Of a DNA stretch of 64,000 bases, positions 13,816-23,297 are shown one piece after another (position 1 is the stretch's first letter; each line of letters opens with the position of its first letter). Below the pieces are notes generated by a model. It saw only the letters and a list, made by a program, of their open reading frames with translations. It was not told where the DNA came from and did no database searches. The stretch covers positions 34,534,001-34,598,000 of the forward strand of contig NC_086097.1 in NCBI RefSeq assembly GCF_963921235.1. The letters are read 5' to 3'. The DNA is from Mobula hypostoma. Lineage: Eukaryota. A program made the translations under genes and the position numbers.

Positions 13816-14585
13816 CTGTATTGAGAAACTGCCTTTGTAATGTAATTTTTGCAGGAAATGTGTACCAGGCATTGTTTATATAAAAATTCAGTCAGTAGCA
13901 TATTTTCTATTTATTAAATTTACCTCCTGTTTATCTTTCACTGAAGTAAGCAAAGTTGAAAGGGGTGAAAGTGCTTGTGAGAATCTCAAAAGGACTTGAA
14001 GTATTTAAATATTTTACCTCATAATAAATTTATAATGGGCAATTATAAAATGGGACAATCATTTTGCACAGCGGATGGTTATAAGGTTGGCTATAAAACG
14101 ATTAATATATTTGAGAAATCAATACTGATTAGAATATTATGGAGAAATCACAGACTTTACCACAAAAAATATCTGGAACTGAGGCTTAGTATCTTAGCTG
14201 AAGAAAATCAGGAACTGCAGTACGCTGTGTTTTGGCATGCCAGCCTAGTTATAGTTCTCAGTCTTTCAAAAATACGGAATTTACAATGATCTCACCTCGA
14301 TGGAAGGCTGAATTATGTCATAATTAGAAGAATTCATTCACATTTGATGCCTTACATTGACAATCATTTGCAAATATGGTTCGAGTTTTATGGGTTCGAA
14401 TCAAATCTTGCAGAACTATTGAAACTGCATTTCCTTCGGAGAATCTCTGGAATAATACATATATCCGGTAAAACTTTAAAATTTACGGAGCTCATCTCTC
14501 CTATCACGGAGAGTGTTTCCAAGGCAGAATCCTGCCCTCATCGCCAAAGAGGCCAGAACACTGCTTTTATCGCGATAATGGCCCC

Positions 14586-15189
14586 ACTGGACTAGTCAAA
14601 GAACACTGAGGCTGTCTGCAAGAAGGGTCAGAGCCGTCTCTATTTCCTGAGGAGACTGAGGTCCTTTAACATCTGCTGGACGATGCTGAGGATGTTCTAC
14701 GAGTCTGTGGTGGCCAGTGCGATCATGTTTGCTGTTGTGTGCTGGGGCAGCAGGCTGAGGGTAGCAGACACCAACAGAATCAACAAACTCATCCGTAAGG
14801 CCAGTGATGTTGTGGGGATGGAACTGGACTCTCTGATGGTGGTGTCTGAAAAGAGGATGCTGTCCAAGTTGCATGCTATCTTGGACAATGTCTCCCATCC
14901 ACTACGTAATGTACTGGGTGGGCACAGGAGTACATTCAGCCAGAGACTCATTCCACCGAGATGCAGCACAGAGCATCATAGGAAGTCATTCCTGCCTGTG
15001 GCCATCAAACTTTACAACTCCTCCCTTGGAGGGTCAGACACCCTGAGCCAATAGGCTGGTCCTGGACTTATTTCATGGCATAATTTACATATTACTATTT
15101 AACTATTTATGGTTTTATTATTATTTAATTATTTATGGTGCAACTGTAACGAAAACCAATTTCCCCCGGGATCAATAAAGTATGACTAT
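14586..15189 (+). mobile_element. Rex-Babar/L2-type LINE, 5'-truncated
   Basis: ORF 14683-15054 (LRMFYESVVASAIMFAVVCWG...HPL...SFLPVAIKLYN), then AT-rich 3' UTR, AATAAA and a tatgact tail. Confidence 0.85.
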
Positions 15190-15242
15190 TGCGGGGCTCG
15201 GTTTCCCCCATCCACGGGCCACCGCCGAAAGTGTTCCCAGAT

Positions 15243-15840
15243 CGGAGCTCGGTCCTCCTATCTCCGACCGTGACCCCAGTGCGGAGCTCGGTCCTCCCAC
15301 TTGCGACCGTCACCCCAGTGTGGAGCTCGGTCCTCCCACTTGCGACCGTCACCCCAGTGTGGAGCTCGGTCCTCCCATCTCCGACCGTGACCCCAGTGTG
15401 GAGCTCGGTCCTCCCATCTCCGATCGTGACCCCCCACTGCGGAGCTCGGTCCTCCTATCTCCGACCGTCACCCCATGCGGAGCTCGGTCCTCCCATCTCC
15501 GACGTGTCCTGAGGAGCTCGGTCCTCCCATCTCCGACCGTCACCCCAGTGCGGAGCTCGGTCCTCCCATCGACCGTGATCCTAGTGCGGAGCTCGGTCCT
15601 CCCATCTCCGACCGTGACCCCAGTGCAGAGCTCGGTCCTCTCATCTCCGAACTTGTCCTCAGTGCGGAGCTCGGTCCTCCCATCTCCGACCGTCACCCCA
15701 GAGCGGAGCTCGGCCCTCCCATCTCCGACCGTGTCCTCAGTGCGGAGCTCGGTCCTCCCATCTCCGACCGTGACCCCAGTGCGGAGCTCGATCTTCCCAT
15801 CTCCAACCGTGTCCCCAGTGCGGAGAGCCGCTTCCCATCC
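15243..15840 (+). repeat. 39-bp GC-rich minisatellite, ~15 units plus one degenerate unit
   Basis: Consensus CGGAGCTCGGTCCTCCCATCTCCGACCGTGACCCCAGTG. Unit starts at 15243, 15282, 15321, 15360, 15399, 15440, 15478, 15512, 15551, 15587, 15626, 15665, 15704, 15743, 15782, 15821. Confidence 0.97.
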
Positions 15841-15958
15841 CTTATTTAACTCTGTTTACGTCGTCAGGACGCCAATGTGCGTGTCCCGGCCGCTGATTGG
15901 TTCGTGGGGTTTGACCCGGCGGGATCACGCCGCGCAGGACGATGGTCCATTATCTACC
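15841..15958 (+). promoter_or_regulatory. ATXN3 proximal promoter / 5' UTR
   Basis: CpG-rich. CRE-like half site CGTCA at 15862-15866, CCAAT at 15872-15876, inverted CCAAT (ATTGG) at 15896-15900, directly upstream of the ATG. Confidence 0.65.
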
Positions 15959-15982
15959 ATGGAGGCGATATTTCACGAGAAA
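15959..15982 (+). CDS. ATXN3: Ataxin-3 coding exon 1
   Basis: accATGG Kozak context, MEAIFHEK (24 nt), GTAAGT donor at 15983. Confidence 0.95.
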
Positions 15983-18554
15983 GTAAGTTGATGCGGAAAT
16001 TGTATTTAAAAACGTCGACGGTGGTGGCGGAGAGGTGCGGCGGGAATATCCCGTGGTGTTAGAGTGAAAGGTGGTTGCTGTGAAGCAACTGTAGACTCTC
16101 TGATAGCGAGAGACAGAACTATAGCTTAGTAATGTACTGAAGTCCTGTATCTTAGGGCTTCTTATCGGGAAGTGGGTGTCTGGTATCGGGTGTTTAAAGT
16201 CTGGGTGTGCAGGACAATAAGGAGACAAGAGGGGGCTGCAGATGCTGGAACCTGGAGCAATACGCAGAATGCATCTGTGGAGGGAAATGGACGGTCGAGA
16301 TCCTTCCTCTGTAGTCCAGATAAAGTCCATATTGAAGGGTCTCGACCCTGAACGTCGATTGTCCATTTCCCTCCACAGGTACTGCCTGATCCGCTGCGAT
16401 TTTTCCAACGCCTTTGTGCGTTGCTTGCAGGATAGTAACTTCATTTTTCCAAGGTGGTCAGAATGAAAAAAAATAGTGAAACGGGTTTAAAGCTGAATAG
16501 GCTGGGAAAGCTGAATGCTAATTTGAAGGTTCGACACCCAGAAATGCAGAACGGGTGGTCAAATGAATGATCAAAGAGATTTTAGGAAGTGTCTGAAAAA
16601 TCAGGATAAAAATAGTAGTGAGACAAAGGAATGGATGTACCCGATTTGGAATGGGTTCAATATCGAGGGTGGGGGGGAGGGGACTAAGTGGAAATTTAAA
16701 ACTTAATTTGGCAGGTAAATCACATACAGAGTAGGAGATGATAAACAGCCATATGTAGAAGAAAAGCTAAGTTTCAGGCTTATGGGATGAGTAGAAAGCT
16801 GGATTTCATCCATTATAACAGGATCTGGCTAATGAACTGAGGATGATTATAGGTATGTTAACAGATTTAGCAATACAACGTTACAGGGTTTAGAACCTTT
16901 GTGGGGAAGATGGTATGCTAATGAGGATTAATTGCAATGTTGAACAAGAAGTCCATTATTGCATTAAGGAGAGAGGATATTTCTAGACACTATGGGGACA
17001 GAGTTCAGAAAAAAAAATAGCGGTATACCATCGATAGTTAGTAGTAGTTGGAAGTGCAGTCACGTAATCAAGTTACAGAGAAGGTCCTTGTGGTGAACAG
17101 CAAGTATAAATTGGAAGTTAAGGTCCTGATTTGGGAGAAGGCTGACTGGCGTTAGACAAGCACGTGTGTAGGCAGTTGGGATTAGTTTGAATTGGTATCG
17201 TGGTTGGCACAGATGTGGGCCAAAGGATCTATTCCTGGTGCTATACTGGCCATATATGTTATTAGAAACCATAATCACAATTTGTGCTTGTCTCAAAGGC
17301 GAATTTCTCATCTGTATTTACTACAGAGATTTGAATTTACTGTGGCGTACATAGCAGTTGGAAAATTTGGAGGGGGAATTCTGGAACGAATTAACATTGA
17401 AACAGAAGAGAATCTGTATGAATAGTGAACTTAAAGGTGGATAAATCGCAAGGGCCTGATGAGATGTATCAGTGAATGAAAAGCAAGGAAATAAATCCCT
17501 GGGGCTCAGTGAAAATTTCAATCTTCTCTGGCCATGGATGAAATGCCAGATGACGGGACCAGCAAAGTCAGTACCTCTGTTCGAAAACTGCAGTACAGTT
17601 TAGCCAATTTAGTCTAATGTAAGTGGGGGGAGGGGAATAATGGAAACAGTTCTGAAGAGAACTGCATTTAGAGAGGCACAGAGAGGTTGTGCTAAGGACT
17701 GTCATGAATTATTTAATTGATTTTTTTCTCACACACTGGGTCATTGAGAGTCGTATGTTTGATAGAATCTAAATAGACTTTAGTCAAGATCCCACATGGG
17801 AGATTGATGAAAAGGATAGAACCCAGTGGATACAGGGCAGTTTGGCTTGGTGATGGGTATTGGTTGAGAGTTGATTTTGTGATTAAAAGTCTGTTGGTTT
17901 TGGTGCATTGCAGAGATCAACAGTGGGATGTTATTTGTTACATACACTAAAAATCCAGATGTGAAAGGAGGAGGTCTGATTAGTAAATCAGTAAATGACA
18001 TTAAGATTGGTGCTGTATAAAGTGAATGGGGAGGATGGGCTGAGTAGTTGATGATGTGAGGTGATGTGCTTTTAGAGGACTAATACGGTTACATTATATA
18101 GTATGAATTGTAAAACTCAAGAAGTAATAAAGAACAAGAATCGTGGTGTACGATAGCAAATATCACTAAAGACAGCAAGACAAGCAAAATATGATACTTC
18201 CCTTCAATAGCTAAATCAGAAAGCTGATGGTATAATGTTATAAAACATTTCGGCACATACGGTGAAGTGTCTGTGGAGCTAAGGAAGGATATGATGGAAC
18301 TGAAGGGAAGCAGAGCAGGTTTGCCAGGATGTTGCTGGTAAGGACTATTTCAGTCGAGAGGAGAGACCAGACAGTTTGTGCTTATTTTCTTTGGAATGGA
18401 GAAAGCTGGTTGGGGGAGGGGAAATGTGCTTGGGGTATACAAAGTTGTGAGGACCATAAAGTACGAAGTGAAAAACATTTCTCCTTGGCAGAGGGCTTCA
18501 GGTAATGGATATGAGATTTTTTTGAGAAGTATGCCAGATGAAAAGTGAAATGTG

Positions 18555-19186
18555 TGTAACACTCACTTTGCCAAGTGACATAATCTTGGGGGTGGTAACC
18601 TCCCTGCCCAGCCAAATTTTAGAACTCCCATTTGGGTGGATGCTGCGTGAAGTGTCCCCTGTGTCAAATCAGTACCCCAAAATAACAAACGGTACACAAT
18701 ATTCGGTAAACAAGTAAGATTTTATAACTCTTACTTGGACTATGAGACTAGTAGAGGACAAAATATAAAATAAAAGGCGCCAAGAATTTATTTAATCAGT
18801 TCGTGCACAATTCGTTGGAGTTCACGATTTTCCTTCGCTGATTCCTCCTTCGATCGGCGTCAATCACTGTCTCCTGCCGGAGCCCGGAGGGTCGGGCAGC
18901 CCACCGACTCCTCAAGTCGCGTCTCCTCTCTTCATTCCCCTCGCGCCTTCTGCCCAAAGCCCGCGAAAACCAACAGCTTTCACACAAACAAGAAAGAATA
19001 AAATCTTGCCCGTTGGTTAGCAACTGAATTCCAAAGTCCCGTTGTCTCTACCTATAACCCAAACTTGCTGCTACAGAGAACCCATTACCCCAGCAGTTAA
19101 CATTACAGAGAAGCCATTTTATTATAACACTACAGAGAAGCCATTTTATTAGCCTTAGCAGTTAACATAAAAGAGAAACACTTACA
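18555..19186 (-). repeat. 3' LTR
   Basis: tgtaacac...cttaca, direct repeat of 22687-23297. Adjacent polypurine tract GTGGGGGGAGAG (minus strand, 19187-19198). Confidence 0.93.
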
Positions 19187-19290
19187 CTCTCCCCCCACTA
19201 AATTTAGTCATGTCCTCATGACGTTGAGATAATTCGCCAACCCTTCCTGCAAACACAAAAAACCCAATCCAGGTACCGACGGTGACATCG

Positions 19291-19803
19291 TAAACATAAA
19301 ATACTCTGCAGATGCTGGCGTCAAAGCAACACTTACAACACGCTGGAGGAACTCAGCAGGTCGGGCAGCATCCGTGGAAATGATCAGTCAACGTTTTGGG
19401 CTGGAAACGGAAGAAGGAATAGGGGAATTCTCCAACTTCCGGTAATTCCCTCCCCCTCCCTTCCCCTATCCCTATTTCACTCTGCCCCCTCCCCCAGCTG
19501 CCTATCACCTCCCTCATGGTTCCACCTCCTTCTACTACCCATTGTGCTTTCCCCTATTCCTTCTTCACCTTTCCTGCCTATCACCTCCATGCTTCCTCTC
19601 CCCCACCCCTTTATATTTCCCCTTACTGGTTTTTCACCTGGCACCTACCAGCCTTCTCCTTCCCACCCTCCCCCCACCTTCTTTATATGGCCTCTGCCCC
19701 TTCCCTCTTCAGTCCTGACGAAGGGTTCTGGCCCGAAACGTTGACTGATCGTTTCCACGGATGCTGCCCAACCTGCTGAGTTCCTCCGGCGTGTTGTGAG
19801 TGT
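19291..19803. mobile_element. Short foldback Penelope element nested in the LTR element
   Basis: Inverted pLTR arms (~19326-19408 vs ~19728-19803) and a degenerate 17-bp flanking duplication (taccgacggtgacatcg 19274-19290 / taccaacagtgacatag 19804-19820). Confidence 0.8.
19709..19748 (+). ncRNA. Minimal type I hammerhead ribozyme motif (Penelope pLTR)
   Basis: Stem I TCAGTC/GACTGA, core CTGACGA, stem II GGGT-tctg-GCCC, GAAA, then CG-TT. Confidence 0.7.
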
Positions 19804-20221
19804 TACCAACAGTGACATAGCTCCCCAACAATAGACCTCACATCCTGCTCCCCAGGTGCTACACAGGCCAACCTATCTGGGAGTTTCCTAATCCTCTGAG
19901 ACCTCCGTACCCCCTCACCTAACCCTTCAGGCTTGGACACTACTGGGGATACTTCGGGTCTGCTTGCCAAATCCTCTCTTAGTCTATCACTCATGCCCCC
20001 CTGCAACTCAGAACCCCCTGTCTCGTGTTCAGGCCCCGCTGTCTCTCCTTCAGGGTCCTGCAGTAACCCAGACTGCCCACAGTTAGCCTCCCCCCCACCT
20101 CACCTGACTCAGTGGGAGAAGGGCCGGGAGTCTCTTCCTCAAACAAGGGGAAGCTAGCAAAAGGCAGCAGGTACCGCACCTCCACCTCATCATCCATCCA
20201 ATCCGTATTCTTCTCCTTTTC

Positions 20222-20805
20222 CTCCATTTGTAGCTGCTGTTTGGTTTTCTCCAAGCTGGAGCACTTGGCCTGGGCTGCTTCTGCAGCCTCTTCAGCCTCC
20301 TGTAATCGAGATGTCAGCTTCATCTTGGACTCCTCCAACTCTCGCCGCAGTCACAGCAGTTCTGACTCACGCTTCTTGTTCATCTCTATCTGGAACGCAG
20401 TTACTCCACCATCTTCTTCCAATCTATCAGTAAGGCCTTCTAGTTCCCTGGTAAGATCAGCTCGCCGTTTCTCGACCTTGGCTCTCATAGCTCGCTCTGC
20501 ATTCAACTTCTCCTCCAGTTCCTCAGCCTGGGCCTGATAATCTTCCTCTGAAGAGCAGCAGTTAAGGATTGTTCATCCTCTAGTTTAGTGCTCACTAAAC
20601 TTATCTCCAGCTATTTCTTCTTAATGACTTCTTCCAGGTCAGCCTTCAGTTTTCCCATTTCATTTAGGCTGTCAGTGGTCATCTCCAGGTCTCCTGCAAG
20701 CTTCCGCTTCCCTCTTCCGAGATCTGTCCGCAATTGCTTCACCTCCTCTGAATTGTATTCAGATTCCCCTCTCTGTGCTCTCAGTTTTCTGTTGGCCTTA
20801 GTTGT
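20222..20805 (-). pseudogene. Captured sarcomeric myosin heavy-chain rod fragment (MYH16-like) inside the LTR element
   Basis: Translates to TKANRKL...[123 protein letters not shown]|[36 protein letters not shown], with 2 stops and 1 frameshift. Confidence 0.92.
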
Positions 20806-22665
20806 TGGGATCTGGTAACATCCACTCCTCAGATCCAGTACATTAAACCACTTCTCACCACAAAGACAGACCAGCGCGTCTTCGACCCTCGGGACCGCAT
20901 ACTGGTCAGGGATGGTGCACCTGTTCAGAGTCCTATGGTCCACACACATGCGTACCTCCCCTTTCTTCTTCCTGGCCACTACCAGTGGGGATGCAGAGAG
21001 GCTTCGAAACCCAGTGATGATCCCCTTTTCCTTCAACTCACACAAATGCTGCCGTGCAGCCTCCACACCTGCAGGGACCCGTCGCCGCGACCTTTCCACA
21101 AACGGGGTGTCCTTAGCAGTCAACTCTTCCCCCTCATGGTATTCCGGAACGCCCACTATGAGGGCTTCTTTTTCAGACACTCCGGGAAATTTTAGAGTCC
21201 CCATCACTGTTGATACTTCCCCGGGCTGTAACACCATTGACTTTGACTGGGTGAACCACACAGTCCCTCGTTTAAATTCGGTACCCAGCCCGCTGCTGCC
21301 ACACATGTCCCCAAGCAGCTCTCACCTGCCTTCTTCCTACAGGCCCCCATGAGCCTCCTCACCAGCAGGGTGTTGGTCCCCTCCAGAATCGAAGCGCTGC
21401 CCGTCTTGACAGTGTCGGGCCACGTCAGCACTAACGATTCCCGAACCTCAGACACCCACACACCAGTCTCCGAGAACTCCAGTTTCATTGACCAATAACC
21501 GTCATATGGATAATCACCAGCACTGATACCCCAAAACTCCAGTGCCCTGAATGGTGTCAAGGGTAAATGCTTCAAATACCAGTGGTAAAATGCGTAGTAC
21601 AGTAACTTGACCTGCGACCCAGTGTTGAGGATGGCTTTAGCATAGTTTCCATCTATCCGTAACGACACACCGGAGTGTGGTCCCACTAAGCCTTCATGAA
21701 TAGGGTCCTTTTCCTTTGGGAGTTCCTTGGTACATTGCTGGGAACGTGTTCCCCCAGAGACACCAGGCCATTTGACCAGCTGAACAAATGGGGGAGGGGC
21801 TATCTGATCCATCCTTAACTTATCCACCTCAGCCGTCTGACTGACCCACCCCCCCACGCCGCAACCAACTTAGCTGTCTCTCTAGCCGAAAAAGATACGA
21901 TGAAAGCTTTTCCCCATTCTCCTGACTCATGTTTTGAAACACCACCCCGAGCTGCATTTCGCTCCCAGAAGAACCAAACGCCTTGTCCCGCACTTGCAGA
22001 TAACTGGCAGCTGTCACTACAGGGTAATGGAACCTGCCCGTTCTAACAACGTCAGCGGCCTGCCAATTCAAACTTTTAACCAACCTCTTGTCGCTTTTCG
22101 TCATCCAAGCACTGCGCCTCATCTGACAACTGAGAGGTCTGTTCTGCCCACGTCTCATACGCCTCCGCTCCTTTAGCGGTGGGCATTATTCCACAAACCA
22201 GGCAGAACCTGCCATAGCTGGAACATTTATTCACCAAAGAAACAAAGGCGGACACTACCTCAGAATTCTCACTCTTCACTGGTGGATGAGGACTAATTAA
22301 ACATACCAAATCCGACCACTCTTTCCCCTCACTCCTGACAGTATGGACAGCCCATGGCCCCACCTCACCTGGGGCACCAATAGACACTGGCAATCCCAGC
22401 TCCGTGACATCAGCGCTAGTCTGCACTAAAGCAAGGTCTGAGCCTGCCATTTTATTCAACTTTCGCGCTACGATTTCAACTTTGCCAACAGCTTTAACCA
22501 TACTCAAAAATTAAATTAACAATCCATCCGGGGTACAAATATCCATCCCACTGAACCCGTTACTAACCGCAACACCACAAAGGCACACATTACTAACCAC
22601 AATCCCAGAGAGGCACACCAGCACTGATTTAAACAGGTCGATCACACGGCATCCCACAGAATCGA

Positions 22666-22683
22666 ATCCCAGACAAGCCCCCA
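22666..22683 (-). other. Primer-binding site, tRNA-Pro
   Basis: Minus strand TGGGGGCTTGTCTGGGAT matches the tRNA-Pro PBS TGGGGGCTCGTCCGGGAT with two CpG-type transitions. Confidence 0.9.
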
Positions 22684-22686
22684 CAT

Positions 22687-23297
22687 TGTAACACTTGTTT
22701 TGTCTAGTGGCATATCTCGGGGGTGGTAACCCCCCACCTGCCCGGCCAAACTTTAGAACTCCCGTTCGGGTGGATGCTGCATGAAGTGTCCCCTGTGTTA
22801 AATCAGTACTCCAAAATAACAAACAGTACACAATAGGTGGTTAAACAAGTAACATTTTACTTGGACTACGAGACTAGTAGAGGACAAAATATAAAAGAAA
22901 AGGCGCCAAGAATTTATTTAATCAGTTTGTGCACAATTCGTTGAAGCTCACAGTTTTTCTTCACTGATTCCTCCTTCGATTGGTGTCGACCTCTGTCTCC
23001 TGTCGGGCAGCCCACAGACTCCTCAAGTCGCGTCTCCTCTCTTCATTCCCCTCGTGCCATCTGCCCAAAGCCCACGAAAAACAACAGCTTTCACACAAAC
23101 AAGAAAGAATAACATCTCACCCATTGGTTAGCAACTGAATTCCAAAGTCCCATTATCTCTACCTATGACCCAAACATGCTGCTGTAGAGAACCCATTACC
23201 TCAGCAGTTAACATTACAGAGAAGCTATTTTATTCTAACACTACAGAGAAGCCATTTTGTTGTCCTTAGCAGTTGACATAAAAGAGAAACCCTTACA
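22687..23297 (-). repeat. 5' LTR
   Basis: Direct repeat of 18555-19186; PBS 3 nt inside. Confidence 0.93.

Larger units (their letters stand above)
18555..23297 (-). mobile_element. Gypsy (Ty3) LTR retrotransposon, non-autonomous, carrying a captured myosin fragment
   Basis: Two TG...CA LTRs (18555-19186, 22687-23297), TSD TGTG on both sides, PBS and PPT. Decayed PNMA-like gag (21829-22507), protease (AILNTGSQV) and RT N-half (SPLVVARKK...RMCVDHRTLN...LDLRSGCYQIP). Confidence 0.95.

Noticed and set aside
15243-15840. CRISPR-like array (regular palindromic repeats)
   Set aside because: Units are contiguous with no unique spacers, there are no cas genes, and the context is eukaryotic. It is a minisatellite.
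20222-20805. Exon(s) of a genuine nested myosin gene
   Set aside because: It has two stops, a frameshift and an internal deletion, is fused to RT and enclosed by LTRs, and no other myosin exons occur in the window.
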